64,000 nt of DNA, taken from contig NC_043011.1 of assembly GCF_006345805.1 (NCBI RefSeq), positions 37,212,464-37,276,463 of the forward strand. Reading direction: 5' to 3'. This document shows positions 52,114 through 64,000 of this stretch, one piece after another (position 1 is the first letter of the stretch; each line of letters starts with the position of its first letter). The notes beneath the pieces were generated by a model that worked only from the letters and a program-made list of their open reading frames with translations, ran no database searches and was not told the origin of the DNA. Source of the DNA: Octopus sinensis (Eukaryota). Both the position numbers and the translations under genes were made by a program.

Positions 52114-53172
52114 TTTATATATTATAATATATATATATATAATATATATATATTATATATATATATATGAATATATACACATACACCTACACACAGATAT
52201 GTACATATATGCGCAAAAGTTCATACTAGTAGTTTTACACACATATATGCAGACATGATTGAAACTAAAGTGAAACAATTGGACACACATAACCATTCAC
52301 ACTCACACAAACACACCAAGATACGCATACATACGGACACGCCCGTAGAAACACACTCACTCACATATATAGGCAATAAGAACTCAGTAAGTTAAGCACA
52401 ATGCACCCTAACACTTCATATTCGCTTACATCATAAATATTTATAAGTGCAATTCCTTGGTTTATTTTATTTGCAACAGACCGCAGGCGATCTTATAATC
52501 GAATCAGGTTGATTTTAATTCAAAATGTAAGGAGGTGTGTATACATCGCTTAGGGTATTTCATTTTCAAATGACATCCTAGCACAAGATGTCAATTGGTA
52601 ATTGTCGATAAGATATACAATAAATTGCAATGAAGGTAACAAGACCGATTCTTATATCTAAACAAATTTCACACACATTAACGGCATGCGCACCCAGGCC
52701 CTATCTTATTATCAGAGTCTCTAACTACCCGAATGTCGTTAAAAGTAGCATAAAAGTTTTTGCGTTACGTTTTAATGACAATCCACCCAAAAAGATACGT
52801 GAATTACTTCTGCAGAAATTTTCAAGTATAACATCTTCTTACAACAATAAGGATAAAGCGGGTACTAGGATATTACACGTGGTAATATAAACGTGCTGAT
52901 TTTATACCCTTCGTCTTCAGAAATGTCAAATTCTGAAATGCAATGTGTGTATCAGCTTTTATGGATATGTATATGTATATATGTATATATATCTGTATAT
53001 GCTTATATGTATATATATAAATGTATGTATATATATATATATATATAATACACATATATATACACACACATATATATATATACATGCATACATACTATAT
53101 ATATATGTATATATATGCATATATATACATATACTATACGTATGCATATATATCTGTGTGTATATATATATT

Positions 53173-53204
<32 letters not shown>

Positions 53205-53220
<16 letters not shown>

Positions 53221-53550
53221 TAGGGTAGAAATTGATATTTATCAATTAAGACCAGTGGTCTAGCATATTAAAAAAGAATCCGAAGATTAAAATATTTATA
53301 TATACCAATTAGGACTGAACACGAAAATGGACAGTCAACATGCTAGATATAGACGTCAAATCGCCATTCAACACAAAATATTATGTTCTCAGATCAAACT
53401 CAACACAAAACCATAGCAATAAACAATTGAAAATATACGAAATAAAATAATTACCCATGTACTAATTAGTTTCAGCTGTTATTTTCCGCAAGGAAAACTG
53501 CAGCCATCATCAGCATGGTCCGTTATAAATGTAATTTGCTGGACTAGATA
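53205..53550 (-). mobile_element. Inverted partial copy of the retrozyme-like unit
   Basis: Reverse complement of about 53820-54165; HHR at 53455-53518. Confidence 0.88.
53455..53518 (-). ncRNA. Type I hammerhead, array copy 0
   Basis: ccatg-CTGATGA-t-ggctg..cagct-GAAA-ctaattag-TA-catgg. Confidence 0.8.
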
Positions 53551-53735
53551 TTTGTCAAAATATTTTCGTCGCTAAAATCCGCGACCTGTTCACTGACAAA
53601 AATCCGTGCAATTCTGAAATTGTTTTCGTTTCAGCACACGATCTCAGATAAAATTACTTGCTATGTGAGTACATCTCCGTAATATATATATATATATAGA
53701 TAAATTTATTCAGTTGGTTCGTTTCGGAATGTTCC
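53550..53735. repeat. Near-exact duplicate of 50209-50396, including the G3-C8 HHR at 53551-53600 (minus)
   Basis: Identical except for the TA tract. Confidence 0.9.
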
Positions 53736-53853
53736 AACGCGCCAAAGTAAAGGCATTTGAAAGATATGTTCAAATGTAATAGGCTGAACTCCATGCACGC
53801 GATATTTCGGTATCGTGTTTGTATCTAGTCCAGCAAATTACATTTATAACGGA

Positions 53854-53917
53854 CCATGCTGATGATGGCTGCAGTTTTCCTTGCGGAAAATAATAGCTGA
53901 AACTAATTAGTACATGG
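53854..53917 (+). ncRNA. Type I hammerhead, array copy 1
   Basis: Intact core; predicted GUA cut after A53912. Confidence 0.8.
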
Positions 53918-54360
53918 GTAATTATTTTATTTCGTATTTTTCACTTGTTTATTGCTATGGTTTTGTGTTGAGTTTGATCTGAGAACCTAATCTTTTGTGG
54001 TGAATGGCGATTTGACGTCTATATCTAGCATGTTGACTGTCCACTTTTCGTGTTCAGTCCTTAATTGGTATATATAAATATTTTAATCTTCGGATTCTTT
54101 TTTAATATGCTAGACCACTGGTCTTAATTGATAAATATCAATTTCTACCCTTAATTAATTTTATATAAATAAATATGTTCTCTAACCGATAAATTAACTA
54201 ACTGCTGCTAATTATTAGCTGCAGGCTATTTTCTCGGGTTTCAACGCGCCAAAGTAAAGGCATTTGAAAGATATGTTCAAATGTAATATGCTGAACTCCA
54301 TGCACGCGATATTTCGGTATCGTGTTTGTATCTAGTCCAGCAAATTACATTTATAACGGA

Positions 54361-54424
54361 CCATGCTGATGATGGCTGCAGTTTTCCTTGTGGAAAATAA
54401 CAGCTGAAACTAGTTAGTACATGG
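54361..54424 (+). ncRNA. Type I hammerhead, array copy 2
   Basis: Intact core; stem III ctagttag; predicted cut after A54419. Confidence 0.8.
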
Positions 54425-54860
54425 GTAATTATTTTATTTCGTATATTTTTCACTTGTTTATTGCTATGGTTTTGTGTTGAGTTTGATCTGAGAACATAAT
54501 CTTTTGTGGTGAATGGCGATTTGACGTCTATATCTAGCATGTTGACTGTCCACTTTTCGTGTTCAGTCCTTAATTGGTATATATAAATATTTTAATCTTC
54601 GGATTCTTTTTTAATATGCTAGACCACTGGTCTTAATTGATAAATATCAATTTCTACCCTTAATTAATTTTATATAAATAATATGTTCTCTAACCGATAA
54701 ATTAACTGCTGCTAATTATTAGCTGCAGGCTAGTTTTCTCGGGTTTCAACGCGCCAAAGTAAAGGTTTGAAAGATATGTTCAAATTAATAGGCTGAACTC
54801 CATGCACGCGATATTCGGTATCGTGTTTGTATCTAGTCCAGCAAATTACATTTATACGGA

Positions 54861-54924
54861 CCATGCTGATGATGGCTGCAGTTTTCCTTGGGGAAAATAA
54901 CAGCTGAAACTAATTAGTACATGG
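54861..54924 (+). ncRNA. Type I hammerhead, array copy 3
   Basis: Intact core; predicted cut after A54919. Confidence 0.8.
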
Positions 54925-55072
54925 TATTATTTTATTTCGTATATTTTTCAATTGTTTATTGCTATGGTTTTGTGTTGCGTTTGATCTGAGAACATAATCT
55001 TTTGCGGTGAATGGCGATTTGACGTCTATATCTAGCTGTTGACTGTCCACTTTTCGTGTTCAGTCCTTAATT

Positions 55073-55126
<54 letters not shown>

Positions 55127-55218
55127 ATATATATAAGATATATATATATGTATATATATATATACATATGTATATGTATTATGTATATATGTGTGTGTGG
55201 GCGTGTAAGGATACATAC

Positions 55219-55332
55219 ATAATGTATAGTCTACTGACCAAATGTTCTACATGCTAGGACACTCGTAGTAAAAATTTCTAATTTTTTTATTACCCTGATA
55301 TATTAAATATATATATATATATATTTATATGC

Positions 55333-55383
<51 letters not shown>

Positions 55384-55496
55384 ATTAATATTATATATAT
55401 ATATATTTAATAATATCAGGGTAATAAAATAAAATTTGAAATTTTTACTACGAGTGTCCTAGCATGTAGGACATTTGTCAGTAGACTATACATTAT
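55219..55496. repeat. About 90-bp inverted repeats flanking (TA)n
   Basis: 55219-55310 versus 55403-55496, few mismatches. Confidence 0.85.
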
Positions 55497-55749
55497 TCAT
55501 ATAAATACAGTGTACATTTAAACACATAAAGGCATCCAACATAGGACTCCTTGCACGCTAGACAGAACAGCTAAATTCCAAACCTCTATTAGGGATAATA
55601 TTTCGAAAGGAATGAAAAATAAAACACTTACCATCTATCTCCTGGACCATGGTTTTTGACTTTTTATTAGCAAATAAAACAATGCCGGCGTTACTTCGAA
55701 AATTTTCCAGAAAAAATTATCAATAATTAATAATATCAGAGTAATAATT

Positions 55750-55785
<36 letters not shown>

Positions 55786-55810
55786 AGAGAGAGAGAGAGA
55801 AAGAGAGGTA

Positions 55811-56028
55811 CAGTAACCCCTCAAATATCGCGTGTTACGCATCAAACCCTTCCCCACCCCCGACAGGTGAGAATCCGTGAAGTAGAAACAGAACTGTACT
55901 GCATATTTTTTCATTATTCGTTTATATCTATTTTATTATAAACGCAAAACAACACCATAAAGTTATCGCTGTAAGCATAAATAATAAACAGTGATGGGTG
56001 AACAGCACCGTAGCGAGAGGTTGCTCTG
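55811..56028. mobile_element. Tigger/pogo-like MITE
   Basis: TA-CAGTAACCCCTC at one end and GCGAGAGGTTGCTCTG-TA at the other; homologous to 29585-29819. Confidence 0.7.
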
Positions 56029-56162
56029 TATGTATTATATAAATTATATATATATATATATATTTACTTAATCATTGACATTTTATTGTAATTATAATAT
56101 TTCTATTATATGTAATTTTCTAGATGGTGTAATTTGAATTGATAAAAGGTGGGTTTTTTTCC

Positions 56163-56204
<42 letters not shown>

Positions 56205-56214
56205 GTAAACAGTA

Positions 56215-56352
56215 AAAAATAAATACAGACATGACAAGAACATGAAACACCAAAGAGACGACACAAGAACCACAGGACGGGACATTCGAAGCCCTCAGTC
56301 ATCAGTCAAGAACCAGATCATCTTCGCAATTTCGGCTGATTAATCTTGAGCT
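56215..56352. repeat. Dispersed repeat (copy of 1875-2003)
   Basis: Direct similarity. Confidence 0.7.
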
Positions 56353-56372
56353 GATTATATATATAATATATA

Positions 56373-56412
<40 letters not shown>

Positions 56413-56452
56413 ACATGTGTTGTGCGTGTGTGTGTGTGCATGTGTGGATATA

Positions 56453-56697
56453 TGGTTGTCACGTGATCACATAGCCGGCCGGAATATCAGATGTGACACA
56501 CTGCTAGACATCGTGCGCGCTGCATTCTTTTAGCGTACGAATAATGCCACCCACAGACAGCCTAGAATTCCGCACTAAACAAAGTGGGTAATTGAGCAAT
56601 GTAAAACAAAGAGTCTTGCTAAGAACAACAGACCCGATCTGGGAATAGCACCCACGATGTAAGGATCGTGAATAGCAAAACCAAACCACTGGGGCCA
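56453..56697 (-). mobile_element. SINE family H, diverged
   Basis: Reverse-complement similarity to 13455-13697. Confidence 0.6.
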
Positions 56698-56710
56698 ATG
56701 TGTATGCGTG

Positions 56711-56752
<42 letters not shown>

Positions 56753-57134
56753 CACATATATATAATATATACATATATGTTTGTAAGTATGTATGTATGT
56801 AAATATATGTGCGAGTATGTGCGTATTACGTGTCTGTGTGTGCTTGTGTGAGCTTGTGTGTGCGTGTATGCTTGAACGTGCACCTAAAGCATATGTGTTC
56901 GACTTACTACGTCGACAAAATGAAATATGGTAACGAATTCGTCAATATCGAATTTACATTTCCAAGTTAATTTACTCAACAGTTTTTGATCTCTTCCATA
57001 ATTGGATATCTTTTATAGCCTCTAACCTTGTGTTTTACGACGAACGCTGATTCAGGGGAAAGTATCTATGTGCTTATATATGTGTTTGTGCATGAGTGTG
57101 TATGTGAACGTGTGGGAGGAACTATCCTAGTGGG

Positions 57135-57136
57135 AC

Positions 57137-57170
<34 letters not shown>

Positions 57171-57234
57171 ATCTCTATCTATCCTATCTATCTATCTAAT
57201 CTATCTCTCAATCAATCTATCTATCTATCTATCG

Positions 57235-57268
<34 letters not shown>

Positions 57269-57275
57269 ATATCTA

Positions 57276-57364
<89 letters not shown>

Positions 57365-57576
57365 CTAGTTATATATGTGTGTATGAAAAACATATACATA
57401 TATGTAATATATATATATATAATATATATATATATATGTATATATCCGTAAGTCACATCATTGGAAAATCGTGTTATTGAGGTGGTTGGAGATGTTGCGA
57501 AAGACGGTGATGAGGAATATGTTGTTGATGATGATGATGGTGATGGTGATGATGATGGTGTTGGTGATGATGATGT

Positions 57577-57627
<51 letters not shown>

Positions 57628-57665
57628 CAAGAACGACGACGACGATGATGGTGATGATAATTATT
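57135..57665. repeat. (TCTA)n, (TA)n and (GAT)n microsatellites
   Basis: Direct reading. Confidence 0.95.
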
Positions 57666-58099
57666 TTTATAGTGGTAGAGTATACTTCTTAAATTCTTTT
57701 CATCGGCAATAATTACCTTCCACGAAATCTGACACGCATAGCATTTGATTGTTCGCCTTTACGCAATGAACTAAAATAGGAAATGCTAAAATGTATATAG
57801 ATGTATTTTATATAATTACTGAAGATATTTTTCCATATTTAAAATGAAAGCTTGTTACGTGAGAGGAAAAGTTAATGAAATTATCTGATAAAATATCTAT
57901 TTTTCTTTCGAAGGTAACGAAATTCAAATCTACCAGTACCTCGAAAGAATGAGTACCCCTTTACCAGTGTTGAAGACACACGTTCACGCACCAACAAAGA
58001 CATACACGACACACACGCACACTCTCTTTCTCTCACACACACACGGTCGGGCAGACACGCACACACACACACACACACGCAGATATGTTCGGCATTCGC

Positions 58100-58290
58100 C
58101 ATGATAGATCGTTAGCCACTGCACATTCTTTATCTTCTCCCCTTTTTCTTTCTGTGTTCGTTTCTGTGGAAGAGCGTAGGCTCGAAACGTAAAATACATT
58201 TTCCCTTCCCGAGAGTTATACTAATACATCTGTCTTTTGTCTACCACACACCTGTCTCCGTCTTTTGTTTTTTTTGTGAATTCTCACTAT
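58100..58290 (+). repeat. Repeat family G with HHR-like motif at 58160-58195
   Basis: gttt-CTGTGGA-a-gagc(gtag)gctc-GAAA-cg-TA-aaat. Confidence 0.75.
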
Positions 58291-58731
58291 ATATATATAT
58301 ATATAATATATATATATATATATGTATATTATATATAATGTATATAATATATATATGTAGTATGTATGTATGTATGTATGTATGTATGTATGTATGTATG
58401 TATGTATGCATGTATATTGGTATGTATACATATTCAAATTTAAAAGTAGACCACTGGACACTTAGTAAACCATTAGCATCTGGTTTACGTCTTCTCGACA
58501 CAGAATTATTGTAAGCATGATTATCTCCCTTCTGTCTTTTCTTTTGTCTCCTTCTTTACAAGCATCTCCTGTTTAATGTTAAACGGTCTTGCTTTCTGAT
58601 TGATAAATAAGTTACATCGATCAGGAAATCCTGCTAGCTGTAATTACGTTTTTTTTTCTATTTAAGATAGTATGTGTATGTGTATAATATTTTATTTAAA
58701 ATATGTATGTATATATGAATATATATACATA

Positions 58732-58767
<36 letters not shown>

Positions 58768-59007
58768 CTTATATATATATATGTGTGTGTGTGTATGTAT
58801 GTGTCTGTGTGGTGTGGTATGTATGTATGTATATGTATATATATACACAGATATAGATAAATTATATATTCACATATATATCAATAGACATTATGAGTAT
58901 ATTTCATGTCTGTATCAATGGAAGTACAGGCCACACGCATACACTAACAATCACACACACACACACACATGCATAATATATATATATAAACACACACACA
59001 TATACAC

Positions 59008-59039
<32 letters not shown>

Positions 59040-59467
59040 ATATATATATATATACATATATATATATACAGAAAGAGAGAGAGAGTGAGAGAGAAATACA
59101 TACACTTCGTGTTTGCACAGATTTGATCTCGATGTTGGAATTGGCTTTGCTCAAATCTTGGAACTGAGCAGAAGCACGACTAGCGCCAGGTCCTGCTTAC
59201 TGAGCCCTTATTTTCGCAGGAAGTAAAAGAAAGGTTGCATCGCATCAGATTCTCTTTTAGTTTGTCTTCGAAGCACAAGAGTGGCCTTCCAAGTGACCTT
59301 CCTATTGTTAATTTGCCAAGGAGATGTTGCTTCGGAATTCTCGTATCACTCATACGTGAGAGATGTCTTGACTATATAAGCTGTCTTTTGATTGGATGGC
59401 TTCAATACCTAATGTCGTGCATTTTATTATCCGTTCTTATTATAGAATACAATTCATATATATAATA

Positions 59468-59872
59468 TACTCTTTACTCTTTTACTTGTTTCAGTCATTT
59501 GACTGAGGCCATGCTGGAGCACCGCCTTTAGTCGAGCAAATCGACCCCGGGACTTATTCTTTATAAGCTCAGTACTTATTTTATCGGTTTCTTTTGCCGA
59601 ACCGCTAAGTGACGGGGACGTAAACACACCAGCATCGGTTGTCAAGCAATGCTAGGGGGACAAACACAGACACGCAAACACATACACACACACTTATATA
59701 TATATACATATATACGACAGGCTTCTTTCCGTTTCCGTCTACCAAATTCACCCACAAGGCATTGGTCGGCCCGGGGCTATAGCAGAAGATACTTGCCCAA
59801 GATGCCACGCAGTGGGACTGAACCCGGAACCTTGTGGTTGGTTAGCAAGCGACTTACCACACAGCCACTCCT
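59468..59872 (-). mobile_element. SINE family B, full length
   Basis: Complete match to the family. Confidence 0.9.
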
Positions 59873-59914
59873 ATATATATGATTATATCTTTATTAGTTT
59901 TAATCAGTGGATGT

Positions 59915-60320
59915 CGCTTGGACACCAGTTTGAAACGCTTTAGTTGAATAAAGCAGCAATAATATTTATTGTTTTTAACACCAGATACTATTCTATCGAC
60001 CCCTTTTGCCGAATTGCTAAGTTACGGGAACGCAAATAAACCACAGTCTTTCGAGGGGTACAGGGCAAATACAAAGACAAAATTATACACACAAATAGAG
60101 ATGTGCATATATTCTTTTATTCTTTGATTTGTTTCAGTCATTCGACTGCCGCCATGCTGGAGCACCGCCTTTTATACGGAGAAGTCGACCCCAGGACATA
60201 TTTATTGTAAGTCTGGTACTTATTCCATCGCCTCTTTTGCCCAATCGCTAATGTGCAGGGACGTAAACACACCATCATCGTTTTTGTCAAACGATGGTAG
60301 GGGCAACAATCACAGACACA
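59915..60320 (-). mobile_element. Two diverged SINE B 3' halves
   Basis: TTTTGCCGAA..GCTAAGTTACGGG and CAGTCATTCGACTGC.GCCATGCTGGAGCACCGCCTTT. Confidence 0.7.
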
Positions 60321-60339
60321 GAAACACACGCATAAATAA

Positions 60340-60374
<35 letters not shown>

Positions 60375-60375
<1 letters not shown>

Positions 60376-60698
60376 AAGGAAATGAAGAAAATGCTGACAA
60401 AATATTTAAGTAATTTAATTAGGTGAAAGTTTTTTACCGGTTGCGCATTTGTTATGCTTATCAACATATATTTTTAAAGAGAGATTAGAGTTCCTTTTCT
60501 GATAGATTTTTTCCTCTTATCTGACGGTAAGAGGAAACAATACGAGGAAAAAATCTATCAGAAAAGGAAGTCTAATCTCTCTTTAAAAAAATATATTTGA
60601 TAAGCATAATAAAATGCGCAACCGGTAAAAAGAACTTTCACCTAATTAAATTACTTAAATTACTTAAATTATTTGTCAGCATTTTCTTCATTTCCTTT
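60375..60698. repeat. Inverted repeat with about 145-bp arms and a 27-bp spacer
   Basis: 60375-60516 versus 60544-60698, with small indels. Confidence 0.88.
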
Positions 60699-60742
60699 TT
60701 ATATATCACAACTCGTGTTCCACATCTCCTTTTTTAAATATA

Positions 60743-60788
<46 letters not shown>

Positions 60789-61344
60789 CAAATATATATA
60801 TATATATATATATACATATACAATACATATATATATATACATAATATACATATATATACATATATATATATGTATATATATATACATATATATATATATA
60901 TACATGAATTGAGCACTTGGGTCAATGTAAACGACTTAGAAAAGAATACAAATATAATATCAAATAGAGAAATACCATTGACAAACTAAAAATTTATTTA
61001 CCCTATAATTTAGTACAATATACTATGAAATATAATATAAGATAATATAAGATAACGTAACAGATTAAAAAAAAGCTATACAGACCCAACAATTTGTTTC
61101 GACTTATATACAGTAGTTAATTTATTAAAAAATATCCTCATCTATGCATACAAGCTTCTTCGGGGCTTTTTAGTTCCTCAATAGTATTTCTCTATTTCAT
61201 TTTGTATTTGTATGCTATAATTCTACCCTTTCATCTGTGGCATTGAACTCTCTCTCTACCTCTACCAGTATATATATTGATAGATAGGTAGATCTATCTA
61301 TCTATCAACCTATCCATTTATGTATGTATGTATGTATGTATGTA

Positions 61345-61381
<37 letters not shown>

Positions 61382-61564
61382 TATATATATATATATATAA
61401 ATATACACATATGTATAAACGTATTTGCATATATATATTTATATATATATATATCTTTATATACATACATTTATATGTATTAAGCAGCTCTACTTCTAGC
61501 ATAAGGGTTGACCCCATAGTGGTCATCCCAGTCATATGTATGTAATACAATTTGCTGAACCTTC

Positions 61565-61650
61565 AGATTTTAATATGCCAGACCACTGGTTTTAAATTGA
61601 TGTTAATCAAATTAATATCCAATTTTTCACCCTCATTTTAAATTTATATT
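61565..61650 (+). repeat. Diverged fragment of the retrozyme-like unit (non-HHR part)
   Basis: TTAATATGC.AGACCACTGGT.TTAA.TTGAT...CAATTT..ACCCT, as at 54100-54155. Confidence 0.6.
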
Positions 61651-61729
61651 TATACATATATATGTATTTATATTTATATTTATATATGTATATATACATA
61701 TGCATGTATAGATATATATATATATATAT

Positions 61730-61801
<72 letters not shown>

Positions 61802-62629
61802 GATACATTATGTATATATGTATATACATGTATGAATATATATTTATATAATCAGTACAACTATCTGAAAGTATATCTTGACTTACCGTTCGTTATATAT
61901 AAAGTACGAATGTTTTAAACATATCTGCTATATCATTTATAGCGGTACAATTTTATAATATGTAAATAGAAATGTGTTTGCCAACGAAATAATTGGAAAG
62001 AGGTTGATTATATACCTTCTGTACATCTTCAATCTGACTGTATTTCGCTTGTAAATGCAAATATTTACTAAAGATATGTGAAGATCCTTCTCTCATTAGC
62101 AGTTTACAAAATTTCTCTTTACATTTATAACACCATTTGTTTGCATTGCAAAACTGACGCTTTGCTATTGGGTGTCATTGGCGTTTCCTTAATTTCCAAA
62201 TAAATTGCTGATGCTGTACTTTGATGAAGGCAATGCTTTACGGCTAACAAAGTGCGACGTAACATGAGTAAATTACCTTCCGTTTGTCTATTATATGTCT
62301 ACAGTCTCTTCTCACGAATTTCAAAATCAATAGATTAGCTCTAACAATAGAGATGTCTCTTTTATGTTTACTCAGTGAATAACTGTGGAATCAATACTTG
62401 TGAGGAAATCGACGCCAAAATGGCAACACAATCAGTATAAATGCGAAATATTTGAAAGACATCATTTAGTATCATTGTTATAAAAGATTTCTACAGAAGC
62501 ATAAACAGAGGGGAAAGAAAGGTATTTCCAGAAGCAAAAATCAAAATAAACGTTTACACTTGATTAATTACGTTCCTACTCAACAGCACATTTTCACCGG
62601 AAGTCGTTACGAACAAAGTTTTTCAAGGT

Positions 62630-62835
62630 TTAGTTGACTTCTGATGAAAAGTTAAACGTGGCAAAGGAGAGATTAAAAGTGCTAAATGTTGACCCATGGA
62701 TCTTTAGTTCAATTCCTGCAGGCGGTCGAGAATTCTCATCTACCATGTCTTTTCCATCTTCTAACACGAAAATAGCATGTATATTATATTTGCAGATATC
62801 TACGTTCAAATCACCAATTCTTTCTCCTAATACAT
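62630..62835 (-). CDS. Candidate terminal coding exon, unknown protein
   Basis: Acceptor ..atcatag|AT, 67 open codons (VLGERIGDLNVDICKYNIHAIFVLEDG..SSEVN*), then about 750 bp of unique AT-rich UTR-like sequence; no homology recognised. Confidence 0.35.
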
Positions 62836-62904
62836 CTATGATAATAATAGTAATAATATTTATTATAATTATTGTTGTTGTTGTTGTTGTTACTTTCTTT
62901 TTTC

Positions 62905-63205
62905 GAGCGTTGTGCCGCACGGTGGCATTGACCGAGACCATTTGGCATTATGCCCTGCTTGAGAAGAAAACTCATCAAGCGCCAAGTGAAACCACAGTCG
63001 TGGCAGATACCCGTATCATGCAAATGGCTCCCATGACGGTGGCACGTAAAAGCCAACATTACACTCTCGGTGTAGTTGACGTTAAGAAGGGCATTCCGCC
63101 ATAGAAACCACGCCAACCCAGACAGGAGTCTGTTGCAGCCTTTCAGCTTGCCAGTCCAGGCCAAACTGCATTCCATGCCAGCATGGATAACGGATATTAA
63201 AGGAA
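62905..63205 (+). mobile_element. Family E repeat
   Basis: Similar to 8098-8305, ending CCATGCCAGCATGGATAACGGA. Confidence 0.7.
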
Positions 63206-63233
63206 TATTATTATTATTATTATATTATTATTA

Positions 63234-63274
<41 letters not shown>

Positions 63275-63276
<2 letters not shown>

Positions 63277-63830
63277 GAGTGAGAGAGCAGTGCATACCAT
63301 CAAAGTGACACTGGGGTAAAATATACGAAGCCCTGTATACCCATCATGACTACCCGTCTCATAATGGTAAACTAAGCACATGCATCACAACCATATGTGC
63401 GCGACATGCTGATCTCATATCCAGATAAAGAACACATGCCCCGGCAGATGGGGCCCAGTTAGAATGTTCTTCTGGTTGAGTAACCCATCCTACTCAAAGG
63501 TCCCTGAATAAGGGTTGTTTAAGGATGCTGAACGAAACACACCAGAGGTGAATTATTAAAACCCCAAAGAATACCTCGCAACACATGGCTATGATGCTCC
63601 CCTACTATGTCTGCTCGTGATCAGAGATGTACATATCGTCAGCCACTAAGGGGCATGCTCAACTGGTTAAGGGTAAACAAATGACAAGCAAATCTGTGGT
63701 ATTGAGCAGAATATTTGCTGTAGCCCATCTTTTATACCAAGACAAAACAATGTACATGATAACACTTTCAATCAGTTAAGATCAGAAACCATGAGAGCCA
63801 CTGTCTGGTACTGCATCAGGACAGTTTATT
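63275..63830 (-). mobile_element. Dispersed retroelement 3' region embedded in (ATT)n tracts
   Basis: GC-richer segment bounded on both sides by TAA-type repeats; recognised from memory as an octopus repeat, single copy here. Confidence 0.45.
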
Positions 63831-63834
63831 ATCA

Positions 63835-63867
63835 TCAACATCGTTGTTATTATTATTTTTGTTATCA

Positions 63868-63934
<67 letters not shown>

Positions 63935-64000
63935 CATTATTATTATCATTATTATTATCATTATTATTATCATCATTATTATCAGTACTATCATTATTCT
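63835..64000. repeat. (ATT/ATC)n microsatellite
   Basis: Direct reading. Confidence 0.95.

Larger units (their letters stand above)
53736..55080 (+). mobile_element. Retrozyme-like tandem array, about 2.65 units of 505-507 bp
   Basis: Units start AACGCGCCAAAG at 53736, 54243 and 54748; one HHR per unit. Confidence 0.85.

Noticed and set aside
53736-55080. Tandem array considered as CRISPR or rDNA/5S
   Set aside because: No short repeat-spacer pattern and no rRNA similarity; eukaryotic context

Overview
AT-rich, repeat-saturated animal DNA. It is very probably a coleoid cephalopod, most likely Octopus; this is my inference from the SINE families and microsatellite load, not a database result. 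I found no gene I can name. The window holds microsatellites, about 8 tRNA-headed or other SINE families (several copies with clean 10-13 bp target-site duplications), decayed retrotransposon fragments (two Penelope-like elements [PLE], two CR1/L2-type, one RLE/R4-Dong-like, one possible L1/Tx1) and small TA-flanked MITEs. The main hidden signal is a set of minimal type I hammerhead ribozyme (HHR) motifs in at least 8 otherwise unrelated repeats. These include a retrozyme-like tandem array of about 505-bp units with four intact-core HHRs (53205-55080), a family with a compensatory G3-C8 core, and a tRNA-headed SINE with an HHR tail. Nearly all share a 1-nt insertion after A9, and most have a palindromic stem III. 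HHR-bearing repeats repeatedly occur as head-to-head inverted pairs. A few splice-bounded unique segments may be exons, but none is identified. Ribozyme folds were read by eye and activity is untested; some palindromes or tandem copies could be assembly artefacts.
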